DNA of 64,000 nt, from assembly GCA_965216315.1 (NCBI GenBank), contig CBDCFN010000016.1:736001-800000 (forward strand), written 5' to 3'. The DNA comes from a bacterium (GTDB lineage: Bacteria; UBA10199; 2-02-FULL-50-16; JAJFLM01). The notes beneath the pieces are model-generated. The model was given only the letters and a program-made list of their open reading frames with translations. It searched no databases and was not told the origin of the DNA. Positions 38,134 through 48,279 of the stretch are shown one piece after another. Within the stretch, counting starts at the first letter, position 1, and the number at the start of each line of letters is the position of its first letter. A program made the translations under genes and the position numbers.

Positions 38134-40476
38134 TTAAATTTTAGTGCCAGCGACGGGACGGGGGAGGGATAGTTTAGGGAGCCCCAATACTTTCCTCAGT
38201 CGAGGTATCATGGCTTCGAGCCGGCTACTGGTCCGCTGATGCTTGTCTAAGACGGCGTGGAATTCATAAATAAATTCATCGGTAGAATGGAGTTCTTGCT
38301 GTAACATATTGAGCACATCGGCGATCCAGAATAAGGCCCTATAGTGAATGAAGAGGGTATCGGGATCGAGTTGATGAATCGTTTGCTTGTCAAGATGGCG
38401 GCAGTATCGACTGGCGGCGCTCATCCATTCATTGAGTTGCTTACGTAAAAAGTCCGCATATTGTTTCGGTGTATCCGGTGGCTTGGATAGGCCGTTCGCC
38501 TGAGTGCGAAGTTGGCGTAACGTATTCAGTGAGAGCCCATTCCAGCTCGGAGGATAGGCCCTGGGAATATTGGCCGCCTTATCCACGAAAACTGGATAAC
38601 GAGGCTTGATTGCGTTAAGAGCGCGAACTCCTTCAATTAGATCAGGGAGATGATGACGGGTGACAGTATTGAGGCGTTGCCAAAAAAGGCGCCCTAATTC
38701 GGTGCCCTGATGGTGTTCGTTCATCATGGCGCGCAATATGTCGCACACATAAAAGAGTTCCTCTTCGAGGCTTTCAATGTCTTCACTCGTATAGGAATCA
38801 AGTTGGTTCTTTTTATGTTTTTCTAGGTAGAGCATAATGCCAAAAAGCCAGTTGCCGATTCGGTCTTGAATCCAACGTACGTGTTCTTGGTCGGATAAAA
38901 TGATTTCCGGGAGCAGGTGCTGCTCTCGAAAAAAGTCCAGTAGGACTGATTTTGTTTTAGCGTGAAGTTTGTCCCACTCAGGCGGATAAGAGGCCTTTAG
39001 TAACTTTGTCCAGCCTGGATATTCCGGATGCAGCCAAAAACGCACGCGATACTTCTTCTTCTTTTCTTCGCCGTGATATTTAAGAAAGGCCTCGCCGGCA
39101 TGGAGGCCATTGTCGAGCCGAAAATCAACGAGCTCCCAGGCATACCGGATGCGCCGGATTCGACTCAACTCACCCGGAGATAAACGGTGAGCTTTCTCTT
39201 GTAGATACTCAATAAAACGGATGAGCATAGTGTCCCGCGTGATCGTGTCGGCAAAGTCAAAGCCGAAACGGGGCCATATATGGGCCCCCGTATCACTGGC
39301 GCCAAATTCAAGGATGTCGACACCTAGGTGATAGAACAGCGCCATGAATCGTTGCGTCACTTCACGTCCTATACCTTTACCCTGCAACTCCGGATTGGGA
39401 ATTTGAAATCCGTCACCGTAAGCAATCCACGGCTTTCCGGGTTTAGGTGGTGCCGGCAGACAACGACTGAATATGCCGATTTCCTCTCCCGCAGTATTTT
39501 CTATTCTGCCGGTAAAGCGGAGCCCGTCTTCGGGGTAGGGCGAAAGAGTTAATCGGCTGACACGAAAACCGTCGATATCGATATGGCAGGCAGCGTTTAA
39601 GTCTTGCATGGTGATGGATTGGCCGTAACGTTGGGCTGTAAGGCGCTGTAGTTCATTCGGTTGCAAGACTTGCACGGCATCGCGGGCCTGTGGGATCGGC
39701 CGATAGTCTAATGTGAAAATAGGCTCCGGATCGGGGCTGCGACGGAGTCGCTCGAGGGTTCGGTTGATTTCGTTGGCGCCGGCGCGAGCGACGAGCCATT
39801 GAACAGTATTGTCCGTGACTTCACGTGGGTTGTTTGGCTCGGGCAACGAGGGGACTAAATGCTTTGGAATGGGCCCATATCGGACATAGTAACCCTGGCT
39901 GATTAGCCTGCTTGCAATGCGATCTGTTTCGCTGCGTTGAGGAATAAACTGATGCTGCTCTTCACTTCGGCCTGGCCGATCGAGCTGGAACGACCACTTT
40001 TGGAGGAGTTCATGGGCCTGTGGTCCGCGTTGCCAGAGACTGTGGAGAATAGGTCCGAATTGGGTGATCAGATTAGGAGTTCTTTTTAAGGCGAAAAAAG
40101 TATGGGGCCCGGCATCAACGCGGCGCTGCGGACTGATCGTATTAGAAACTTCGTCGTCAGAGACCAAAAACGACACATTTTCTAGCGCTATTTCAAGTTG
40201 TTCACGGTGCTCATGTAATGACGCAATCATTTCTGGCGCTATGTGACTCAGGCTTTCATCGCTCAGGAGATCTATTTCTGCAGCGATGGCATATTGTAGA
40301 TCACTCAGCCCGGCGGAAGTCGCCGCATCAGCAAGTGACGTGAGAGAGATGTACCGATCCAGTTTATGGATGCTGCCGAGGTCGGCGACCATCAGGTCAA
40401 AATTCATCGCGCCGCTCGCGAGCAGGGAGCTGGTCCCGGTTTGCAAACCCAGGCTGAGAGTGTTGAGAGTGAGCAT
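38134..40476 (-). CDS. Orphan 780-aa protein with GNAT-like domain and two PxxWxxL helical repeats
   Basis: QGKGIG..GAHIWPRFGFDFAD; paralogous to 40573-41865 and 42846-44465. Confidence 0.7.
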   Translation of the reverse strand: MLTLNTLSLGLQTGTSSLLASGAMNFDLMVADLGSIHKLDRYISLTSLADAATSAGLSDLQYAIAAEIDLLSDESLSHIAPEMIASLHEHREQLEIALENVSFLVSDDEVSNTISPQRRVDAGPHTFFALKRTPNLITQFGPILHSLWQRGPQAHELLQKWSFQLDRPGRSEEQHQFIPQRSETDRIASRLISQGYYVRYGPIPKHLVPSLPEPNNPREVTDNTVQWLVARAGANEINRTLERLRRSPDPEPIFTLDYRPIPQARDAVQVLQPNELQRLTAQRYGQSITMQDLNAACHIDIDGFRVSRLTLSPYPEDGLRFTGRIENTAGEEIGIFSRCLPAPPKPGKPWIAYGDGFQIPNPELQGKGIGREVTQRFMALFYHLGVDILEFGASDTGAHIWPRFGFDFADTITRDTMLIRFIEYLQEKAHRLSPGELSRIRRIRYAWELVDFRLDNGLHAGEAFLKYHGEEKKKKYRVRFWLHPEYPGWTKLLKASYPPEWDKLHAKTKSVLLDFFREQHLLPEIILSDQEHVRWIQDRIGNWLFGIMLYLEKHKKNQLDSYTSEDIESLEEELFYVCDILRAMMNEHHQGTELGRLFWQRLNTVTRHHLPDLIEGVRALNAIKPRYPVFVDKAANIPRAYPPSWNGLSLNTLRQLRTQANGLSKPPDTPKQYADFLRKQLNEWMSAASRYCRHLDKQTIHQLDPDTLFIHYRALFWIADVLNMLQQELHSTDEFIYEFHAVLDKHQRTSSRLEAMIPRLRKVLGLPKLSLPRPVAGTKI

Positions 40477-40484
40477 TTCATCCC

Positions 40485-40511
40485 TCTTCGGCAGGGGAGA
40501 GAAAAAGTTGC
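40485..40511 (-). promoter_or_regulatory. Sigma28-like promoter motif
   Basis: GCAAC-N15-CCGAAGA, 8 nt before ATG. Confidence 0.65.
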
Positions 40512-40572
40512 AATTCCGGAATCACCTTTTAGAAATAGCGCATTAAACCCCTGAAACCTAAAGGGATTCGTT

Positions 40573-41865
40573 TTAGGCCGGTGGGGCTGGATTGCGAAAT
40601 AAGGCGCCGAGACGACCACTGTGCGCATAGCGGGCGAGGCTGGCTTCGAGGGCGGTGACCGGGAGTCCTTCCCAGCCCCGAGGGATGAAGAGGTAGTCCC
40701 AGCCCTTAAAACGGCTATCCAGGTGAAAACGCAGATCGTAGGACTCGGCGAGACGTGCGGGGCTGCGGTCGAGCAGGAACTCACGGCCGACCGCGCGATC
40801 GCCGCTCGTGAATTCCGTCAGCTCCCAGGCATGCCGTATGCTAAAGAGTCGCTGCTCGTCGTCCGCTGTCATCGGAATGCCCCGCTCCCGCAAGTGTTCA
40901 GCCAGGCGAATCAACATCACCTCACGCGTCGTCTCATCGGCAAAATCGAAACCCATTCGCGGCCACGCCCAACGCCCGACCTGTTGCGCCGTCAGTGAAA
41001 AATGAGGGTAGTCCAGTTGGTGCAAGAGGCTCAAGTAGCGCTGCGTTGCCCTCCGTCCTATTCCGAGACCGTGATTCTCACTCTTGGTTTGGCGACGGTC
41101 ATCTGCATAATCGAGAGCATAACGGTTGCTGTGGGCGCTACGTGGAAGCTTGTCCGCATCAATGGACATGAAGAAACGATGGAACTCCCCGATGCTTGCT
41201 TCCGTGCTCGAGTCAATGATGCCGGCGAGATCCAGGGAATATTTGCGTAGATAAATACCTAACGATGTCACACTGTATCCGGGGATATCCAGCTGACAGC
41301 CTGCTTGTATTAGATCATAGGGGACGGCGCGACCAAAAAAACGCCAGGCATCTCGTTCGAAACGTGCGGCGTCGAATTTTTCGGGCTTGCCAAGGACTTT
41401 GTATTGGATTGTTTCAATCGGTTCGCAGGTTCGTTGAAGCAAGCTCTGTGTCATCTGTCGCAGGGAAACCTCGGTAAAATGAGATGACGAAGGAGATGCC
41501 GGTTGGGCTTGAGCTTGCCTGAGTCTCGTGGAGACATTTTGATAGCGCTCTAACGGAACACTATCAGTCAAGACAGTTTCCAGTAGAGGGGTCTTGTCTT
41601 CGACAAAGAGGGTGAGTTCTTCGGGATCGGGAAGTCTGGCTTCGACATGGGCGACGATACGGTGGACATGGTCCGCCAAGGCCACGTGGAGGCGACGCAG
41701 ATCGTTGTTGTCATCGATTCCTTCCATCAATGTGATCCCAGCGCGGTACTGATCGATGAGCGAAGCGCTCGCAATCCCATCACGCAGGGGTGTGACGGCC
41801 GAATGAGCAGCGAGGAGGCCCGTGCAATTCAATAGTCCTGTTGAGCTGAGTCCAAAAGTCACCAT
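40573..41865 (-). CDS. Orphan 430-aa protein with GNAT-like domain
   Basis: HGLGIG..GRWAWPRMGFDFAD..AWEL..F. Confidence 0.7.
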   Translation of the reverse strand: MVTFGLSSTGLLNCTGLLAAHSAVTPLRDGIASASLIDQYRAGITLMEGIDDNNDLRRLHVALADHVHRIVAHVEARLPDPEELTLFVEDKTPLLETVLTDSVPLERYQNVSTRLRQAQAQPASPSSSHFTEVSLRQMTQSLLQRTCEPIETIQYKVLGKPEKFDAARFERDAWRFFGRAVPYDLIQAGCQLDIPGYSVTSLGIYLRKYSLDLAGIIDSSTEASIGEFHRFFMSIDADKLPRSAHSNRYALDYADDRRQTKSENHGLGIGRRATQRYLSLLHQLDYPHFSLTAQQVGRWAWPRMGFDFADETTREVMLIRLAEHLRERGIPMTADDEQRLFSIRHAWELTEFTSGDRAVGREFLLDRSPARLAESYDLRFHLDSRFKGWDYLFIPRGWEGLPVTALEASLARYAHSGRLGALFRNPAPPA

Positions 41866-41873
41866 GGAGTGGT

Positions 41874-41900
41874 TTATCGATCATTTATGCGAAAGGTTGT
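41874..41900 (-). promoter_or_regulatory. Sigma28-like promoter motif
   Basis: ACAAC-N15-TCGATAA, 8 nt before ATG. Confidence 0.7.
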
Positions 41901-41923
41901 GGCCTAAACGTGAGATCAAAGTG

Positions 41924-42775
41924 CTATGCATGGATCGAGTCGGATACATCTAAAGGCAATTCGACCAAAGAGAAAGGTGCTGTTGTGAGCATGTGATTTC
42001 CTTCAATTGCATCTATGCCCCAACCATCCAGTGCGGCCCCTTTGGGCGGATGGGGGAAATGCTTGCGGTAACGCGCCAACCATTCCGGCCTGATATCCAT
42101 TAAGATAGAATGTTGAGTTTGCCAATAACCGCGACGTTTCATAAACATCAATCGTGCCAAGGTCAGGACAGGACCGACTCCCTTCAGGCTGGTTTCGCGA
42201 TTACGGTCAAACTTAAGGTCTTTGTCGCACGTCATTGTGTATGTGTCACTCCTGTAGGGTTGCACTGTGCAGCAAGCAATAGCATGAACCGTGCCGTTCC
42301 AGGTCGACAAAGTGAAGACCATCGGTTCAATCATCGTAGGGTTGAGTTGATAGACTTCCATTTTATTTATTTCTTCAACTTCGCTCTCTCCCTGAAAAAA
42401 ATCCCGAGCTTCTTCGTAGGTGTGACGTTCGACAATAATGGGCACGAGGGTGGTCCCGAGCTGCATGATGACCTGCAGCGGCGGAAAGTCGGGCTTAACA
42501 ACAGGATCGTAATCGCGCGATGCGGCTAAAATTTGCGCGATACGAGTATGGAGGCTCGTATCGCTATGAATGTTGCCTGAATGAGGTTTTTCAGCGGATC
42601 GTGTGAGTTGAGCAAGAGAGTTAATGCCATCAGTAGTGATTGCAGCCGGTTCGAGGCCAAGGCGGTTGGAGAGACCAAGCTGTTGCAACTGTAGGAGCTG
42701 AAGGTTCAGTTGTTGGGCGGAAGTCCCTGAACTGGCTGCTAACAGGGATCCCGTCGTGAAAGCGGAGCTATACAT
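41924..42775 (-). CDS. Orphan 283-aa protein, possible divergent GNAT fold
   Basis: LKGVGPVL..ARL.FMKRRGY resembles GNAT motif A. Confidence 0.55.
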   Translation of the reverse strand: MYSSAFTTGSLLAASSGTSAQQLNLQLLQLQQLGLSNRLGLEPAAITTDGINSLAQLTRSAEKPHSGNIHSDTSLHTRIAQILAASRDYDPVVKPDFPPLQVIMQLGTTLVPIIVERHTYEEARDFFQGESEVEEINKMEVYQLNPTMIEPMVFTLSTWNGTVHAIACCTVQPYRSDTYTMTCDKDLKFDRNRETSLKGVGPVLTLARLMFMKRRGYWQTQHSILMDIRPEWLARYRKHFPHPPKGAALDGWGIDAIEGNHMLTTAPFSLVELPLDVSDSIHA

Positions 42776-42785
42776 GGCGGGCTAT

Positions 42786-42812
42786 TTATCGGAGAGGCAT
42801 TTGATATGTTGA
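42786..42812 (-). promoter_or_regulatory. Sigma28-like promoter motif
   Basis: TCAAC-N15-CCGATAA, 10 nt before ATG. Confidence 0.7.
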
Positions 42813-42845
42813 GGTAGAAGCTATGCGAAATTATTCGAATGGGGG

Positions 42846-44465
42846 TTATTGTGACGTTGCGAAAAGATTCATGAGCAGATCCATTTCTCTGTCTGGAATC
42901 TGTTTCCAAAAAGCTGTAACTAAGGACGGATCAGGAAGGGGCGTACCTCTAAAGAGAGGTGAGCCGAAGAATTTCCACAATAGATAGTAGTCTTCAGGAG
43001 AGTTCAGCCAGTTTAGCACATGTTCGACTAGGAAGGCGGCGTGATCCTCAGGTGATTTGTCGAGTTGATGCCATAGGTTGCTTTCAACGGCGAGCCTATA
43101 AAAGATCACGCTGATATAGCCGTCTAAATGTCGCCAGGAAGTTGGAAAGGGGGGGATTAGTTGTCTAAGTGTATTCCTGTGTTTGACGAGTTGACAGAGG
43201 TGTTCGTTTCTACTTACCGCCAAACAGATCTTTTCGTTGATTCCATTGCAGTTCAATGCATCTGAGATGAGATTGATTATGTCTTCTATGTTTGACCAGG
43301 ATGGTGCCAGGTTAGACCAAATGAAGTGAATGAACTCACTGTTGTGTTGATTTTCCCGTAATAGGGCAAGCAAGATTTCGGCGATCTTGATGATAGCAGT
43401 TATGGAGGTTTCCAATATAAACTCGATGCTGCTTGGGTCGCTCGTTCGCCAGTCAGGCCCCATGTTATAGGCGCCGAGCCATTGCATAGTGCGTTCTCGG
43501 ACATGATTAGCATTCCTGGCAGGGGACAGGTAGATCTCAGGTAGCTCTGCTTGAATGGCGAAGTAATCCGTCCATTCTAAGCGGATGTCCGCTGGAAGTT
43601 TCCTCCAATGGGGTGGTGTCAATAGTTTATGCCATGCTGGCCCTTCGTCTTTAAGGTTGAATTGAAATTGATCTCGTCCCGCATCGAACTGGGTAAAGCC
43701 AAGCGCCGTCAGATTAATTTTTCTCTTTGGCCCAATCGAAACAAGATAATTGTCGGCGCCGAGCCAAGAGAGGAAAGATGCCATGCGCTGAAAAGCGCGC
43801 AGGCTTAAACCAACACCGCTAGGTTTTTCTGGTTCGGAGTGTGCCGGCACGAAGTAGCTGTCGAATGGGTCAAACCCCTGGGTTAGAGCCGTCCACTTTT
43901 CTCCGGCATGAGGGCGAGAAGGGATTGAATGTCTAAAAGACGTAACCCTTGTCTCGCTGTCTTGGTTTCTGCGAATGATTTCACCAGAAAATGTGATCAT
44001 TTTATTTTCAATTGCGATGTGAAGCTGAGGGAGGTGATGACCCATCGCTTCAGTTTGGAAGATAGCCTCAATCGTGTCGAAGTTGACCGTCCGTCCCCAT
44101 ATTTTCTCAGTAAGTATGGCAAATTCGTCACTAGTCAGATCATCCTCTTTTCCATTAACAGTGAAAGTAAGCGCTACAGGCTTCGGGTGCTGAGTTAAAA
44201 TCGGATTAGCGGAGAGCAAGTGCTGTTTCAGCAGATTGATAGTGTTAGGGACAGCGGTATTGCTAGAGTTGAGAAGGCTGGTTGCAGATTCCGTTGAAAA
44301 GACCGTTGTCGACTGACTATGTTGCGGCGAGAGGGCAGGAGCTGTTCCATCGCTTAGGTCCTCCGGTGGTTGACTCGGGGGGGGCGTTTGCCCGGAGCTG
44401 GCCAGCATCATCATCGCCTGCATGCCATTGGAAATCAGGTTTGAATGGACAAAAAAGGCTCCCAT
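42846..44465 (-). CDS. Orphan 539-aa paralog with degenerate GNAT-like domain and PxxWxxL repeats
   Basis: SGVGLSLRAFQR..LGF; GPAWHKLLTPPHWRKL aligns with YPGWTKLLKASYPPEWDKL. Confidence 0.65.
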   Translation of the reverse strand: MGAFFVHSNLISNGMQAMMMLASSGQTPPPSQPPEDLSDGTAPALSPQHSQSTTVFSTESATSLLNSSNTAVPNTINLLKQHLLSANPILTQHPKPVALTFTVNGKEDDLTSDEFAILTEKIWGRTVNFDTIEAIFQTEAMGHHLPQLHIAIENKMITFSGEIIRRNQDSETRVTSFRHSIPSRPHAGEKWTALTQGFDPFDSYFVPAHSEPEKPSGVGLSLRAFQRMASFLSWLGADNYLVSIGPKRKINLTALGFTQFDAGRDQFQFNLKDEGPAWHKLLTPPHWRKLPADIRLEWTDYFAIQAELPEIYLSPARNANHVRERTMQWLGAYNMGPDWRTSDPSSIEFILETSITAIIKIAEILLALLRENQHNSEFIHFIWSNLAPSWSNIEDIINLISDALNCNGINEKICLAVSRNEHLCQLVKHRNTLRQLIPPFPTSWRHLDGYISVIFYRLAVESNLWHQLDKSPEDHAAFLVEHVLNWLNSPEDYYLLWKFFGSPLFRGTPLPDPSLVTAFWKQIPDREMDLLMNLFATSQ

Positions 44466-44475
44466 ACTTCGGATC

Positions 44476-44502
44476 TATTCGGTCATAATTCATTGAAGTT
44501 GC
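44476..44502 (-). promoter_or_regulatory. Sigma28-like promoter motif
   Basis: GCAAC-N15-CCGAATA, 10 nt before ATG. Confidence 0.65.
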
Positions 44503-44542
44503 GCTAAATTGGATAAATAAATATCCATTCAGGAGAGCGGGC

Positions 44543-45790
44543 TTACTGATGGGGTTTCTTTGGCGAGTAGAAGCACTGTCCCGCAATCTCGTCAGGGAGA
44601 TAGGTTTGTTTCTTAGCCGCTTCGGGTTCGTCATGAGGGTAGTGGTAGCCCGTACCGTAGCCCAATTTTTTCATCAGCTTGGTGGGGGCGTTACGGATGT
44701 GCATCGGCGTTGGGAGGGCACCACTATTATTGATTTCGGCTTTGGCTTTTTTATAGGCGACGTAGGTTTCGTTACTCTTCGGGGCCTTGGCTAAGTAAAT
44801 GGCCGCCTCGGAAAGTGGAATCCAGCCCTCGGCGCTGCCAACCACGTCATAAGCCTGAAATGCGCTGACTGCTATGGTGAGGGCCTGAGGATCGGCGAGA
44901 CTGATATCTTCACCCGCAAAGATAACCATGCGTCGCGCAATGTAACGCGGGTCTTCACCGGCCTCGTACATGCGCGCCAGATAATAAACGGCGGCATCGG
45001 GATCCGAAGCGCGCATGCTTTTGATGAAAGCGCTGATGATATTGTAATGTTCTTCGCCGGTTTTATCGTAGAGTAAGGTCTTTTTTTGAGCTGCCGCTGC
45101 GGCAGTGGCTAATTCGATGGTTTTGCTATCCGGTTGAAGTCGTGCCGCAATTTCCAGGGCATTAAGAAGGCGCCGAGCATCCCCATCAGCCGATTCAATG
45201 AGAAAGAGGCGTGCTTCGTCACTTAATTGAATGCCTAACGCCTTGATGCCGCGATCAACAACCGTGTTCAGATTTTCAGCGGAGAGTGCGCTGAGAACAA
45301 AGACGCGACAGCGAGAGAGCAGGGGGCCGATGACTTCGAAGGAAGGGTTCTCCGTTGTTGCGCCAATCAACGTTATCGTGCCGGATTCGACGTGAGGTAA
45401 GAGGGCGTCTTGCTGGGCCTTGTTGAAACGATGGATTTCGTCGACGAAGAGAATCGTTTTTTTCTGTTGGTATTTCAGGTCTTGCTTGGCTTGTTCCACC
45501 GCGGCACGCAGGTCTTTGACACCAGAAAGTACCGCGGAGACCGAATGAAAGGCGCACTTGGTATGTGTCGCTATCACATGAGCCAGGGTTGTCTTGCCGC
45601 TTCCTGGCGGGCCCCAGAGAATAAGGGAAGGAACCTGATCCGATTCGATGAGTTGGCGCAGTGGTTTGCCGGCCGCTAAGAGGTCCTCTTGGCCGACGAC
45701 ATCGCTTAAGTTCTCCGGGCGCAGACGCTCGGGGAGTGGTGCCGTCTTATGTTGTTGGTTTGCCGCCGCCTGATCAAAAAGGTCGATCAT
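44543..45790 (-). CDS. rarA: Replication-associated recombination protein A (RarA/MgsA)
   Basis: [47 protein letters not shown]. Confidence 0.95.
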   Translation of the reverse strand: MIDLFDQAAANQQHKTAPLPERLRPENLSDVVGQEDLLAAGKPLRQLIESDQVPSLILWGPPGSGKTTLAHVIATHTKCAFHSVSAVLSGVKDLRAAVEQAKQDLKYQQKKTILFVDEIHRFNKAQQDALLPHVESGTITLIGATTENPSFEVIGPLLSRCRVFVLSALSAENLNTVVDRGIKALGIQLSDEARLFLIESADGDARRLLNALEIAARLQPDSKTIELATAAAAAQKKTLLYDKTGEEHYNIISAFIKSMRASDPDAAVYYLARMYEAGEDPRYIARRMVIFAGEDISLADPQALTIAVSAFQAYDVVGSAEGWIPLSEAAIYLAKAPKSNETYVAYKKAKAEINNSGALPTPMHIRNAPTKLMKKLGYGTGYHYPHDEPEAAKKQTYLPDEIAGQCFYSPKKPHQ

Positions 45791-45841
45791 GAGGTATAAG
45801 TGCCGCTGGCAGCTACAGAAGTCAATGGACCCTGAAATTTG

Positions 45842-46315
45842 TTAGTAGCTCTTTTTGTCAGGACGAGCGGACCATTCTTGAAGCAACTGGAAGCTTTCAT
45901 CCTCCATAAAGCCACCTTCGACTACAATTTCACTCTTGCCCAGCTGTTTCATGTCTTGCGCGGAAATATTCAATTCATGAAATCCCGCGGCGCGCGCCGC
46001 GGCAATATCAGTCCCATAGACAATTTTATCAAGGCGTGCCCAATGACAGGTGCTAAGACACATGGGGCACGGTTCACAGGTGGTATAAATCATGCTTCCC
46101 GAGAGGTCTATCGTTTGGAGTTTTTGGCAGGCGATACGAATAGCAACGACTTCAGCATGTGCGGAAATATCCGTATTGGCCCAGACTTGGTTGTGTTCGC
46201 AGGCGATGACCTGGCCTTGTTTAACGATGCAGGCACCGAAAGGGCTCTGTCCATTGGTTACGCCGACGCGCGCCTTCTCGATGGCCAATTGCATGAAGTA
46301 TGAATCAGTTTTCAT
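45842..46315 (-). CDS. Zn-dependent nucleoside/guanine deaminase
   Basis: PFGA.IV, AHAEV.AIR, TTCEPCPMC. Confidence 0.9.
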   Translation of the reverse strand: MKTDSYFMQLAIEKARVGVTNGQSPFGACIVKQGQVIACEHNQVWANTDISAHAEVVAIRIACQKLQTIDLSGSMIYTTCEPCPMCLSTCHWARLDKIVYGTDIAAARAAGFHELNISAQDMKQLGKSEIVVEGGFMEDESFQLLQEWSARPDKKSY

Positions 46316-48117
46316 TAAATACCCGCCGAGTCCGAGGCGGATAACTTGAAAATTCCGACGGCTTCTTCATCCGATTTAAAGGTATGTTCATAGCAGATAA
46401 TCGTTGTCGGGGGGATTTTCGCCAAAAATAACGGCCAAAACAGGCCACCATCAATTTCGATGGGACCTGTATATACCGTCCCTTTAGGGACAGTCACTTG
46501 GCGCCAATCGTATTGCCCATGTTCGATGCCACCGTTCAGCTCATCCAGGTAAGGAATCCGCGGAAAGATCGGCTTACCGCCGAGATCTTGTGAAATCGTG
46601 TGGGCTTGTTGACTGAAGTGAGGCATGACTTGGTGTGCCGAATTTTCACCAAACAATCGGTTGCCCAGCTGGCAAACGAGAATGTTGACTTCATCATTGG
46701 GTGTTAAAGTCAGCATCGTTCCAATTCTCTGGATTTGCGTGTTTTCGAGGAAGCCCGTGTCAAGAGCATTACCGTGATAGGCCTCAAAGCCTTCACGGAG
46801 TGCCGCGCGAACATTCCAAAAATTGGTATCTACCAGTTCAACTTCAATTCCGGCTTGTCGCAACCATTGCCCAATGTAACGCCCGAGCGGGTGGGCGCCG
46901 ACAATCAACACGCCGGAGCGTTCCCCTTGCGTTACCCGCAATATTTTTGCCAGCACGCCGGCGGGGAGGCCTTGCAAAATAACCGTCGTAGCGATGACCA
47001 GATAGGCCAAGTTTTCGAGCTGATAGGCATCCGTATGCCCCGTATCAGTAAAGATTAAGGTTGCCAGTGAAGCCGTTGAGGCGGCCACAATGCCTCGTGG
47101 TGCCATTAAGGCAAGAAAGAATTTTTCGCGTTTTCGCATTTGAGTGCCGGCGAGGGAAATGAAGATCGAAACAGGTCGAATAAGCAGGATCATGACGCCT
47201 AAAAAGATCCATTCATTTTTCCCGATAGCAAAGACGGCTTTAATGTCGAGTTGAGCGGCAAGTAAGATAAAGAGAAATCCAACGATCAAAGTTGTTAAGG
47301 TCGCCTTAAACTCCGTAATTTCTTCACGCTGATCCAGTGGCCCGTGAGCCAACACCATGCCGGCCACAACGACAGAGACGAGGCCTGAGTGAGCAACAAT
47401 TATGTGGGCTGACTCAAATGAGAGGAGGGCGCCGCCAAGGATGATAAGATTGATCGTTTCCTTGGAAACGGAACCTCCCCACTTCAAGAAAAAGCGCATG
47501 ATCCATCCACAGGCGAGTCCAATTACAGTGCCGACGCCTAAGATTTTGAAAAACTGGATCAGTGTCAGCCAAAGAGAGCTTTCCTCGGCTAAGACGAATT
47601 CGAGGATCAAGATGGCGGAGACGGCACCGATAGAATCCAAGAGGATGGATTCCCAATGGAGAACGGTGGCGACTCGTTGTACCAAGGGGACACGTTTGAG
47701 GATCGGGCCGATGACCGTCGGTCCCGTAACGATCATGAGGGCCCCAAAGATAAAGCTGTAGCGCCACGGCAAGTCGACGATGGTGGCCGCTGCGACCGTG
47801 GCACCGACAAAAGTGATGATGGCCCCCACCGTTAACAGGCGCCGAATCGGTTTGGTCATGGTCTTGATCTGCGTGGGAATCAGATGGAGTCCGCCCTCAA
47901 AGAGGATGATGGCCACCCCAAGCTCAATCGTTGTCGAGAGCCCAAAGCCAATGGCATCAGGTTGGATAAACCCGCCAAAATGAGGTCCGAGCAGGACACC
48001 TGTGCTCAAGAGGAAGAAAATACTCGGGACCTTGAGCTTTTCAGAAAACAGCTGACAGAGGGCGCCTGCGGCCAGGGCCAAGACGACCGTCTGCATCATT
48101 TGTTCGGAACCGGCCAT
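46315..48117 (-). CDS. CPA1 cation/proton antiporter with C-terminal RCK/TrkA-N domain
   Basis: ILFEGGL, VTGPTVI.P, WESILLD, APRGIVAA. Confidence 0.9.
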   Translation of the reverse strand: MAGSEQMMQTVVLALAAGALCQLFSEKLKVPSIFFLLSTGVLLGPHFGGFIQPDAIGFGLSTTIELGVAIILFEGGLHLIPTQIKTMTKPIRRLLTVGAIITFVGATVAAATIVDLPWRYSFIFGALMIVTGPTVIGPILKRVPLVQRVATVLHWESILLDSIGAVSAILILEFVLAEESSLWLTLIQFFKILGVGTVIGLACGWIMRFFLKWGGSVSKETINLIILGGALLSFESAHIIVAHSGLVSVVVAGMVLAHGPLDQREEITEFKATLTTLIVGFLFILLAAQLDIKAVFAIGKNEWIFLGVMILLIRPVSIFISLAGTQMRKREKFFLALMAPRGIVAASTASLATLIFTDTGHTDAYQLENLAYLVIATTVILQGLPAGVLAKILRVTQGERSGVLIVGAHPLGRYIGQWLRQAGIEVELVDTNFWNVRAALREGFEAYHGNALDTGFLENTQIQRIGTMLTLTPNDEVNILVCQLGNRLFGENSAHQVMPHFSQQAHTISQDLGGKPIFPRIPYLDELNGGIEHGQYDWRQVTVPKGTVYTGPIEIDGGLFWPLFLAKIPPTTIICYEHTFKSDEEAVGIFKLSASDSAGI

Positions 48118-48222
48118 ATTCGCGCCACGTTATCGAAAAAGTTGACCGAAGTCACCCGTTTTCAAGTATTTACGAATGCAAAAAAATGAGTCATTTTAGT
48201 GGCTTATCTGGAAAGCGAATCC

Positions 48223-48249
48223 GCAACAATTAACGGCTCTGACCGATGA
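48223..48249 (+). promoter_or_regulatory. Sigma28-like promoter motif
   Basis: GCAAC-N15-CCGATGA, 30 nt before ATG 48280. Confidence 0.65.
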
Positions 48250-48279
48250 TATAGGTCCCGGGGTGAACAGGAGAATAAC

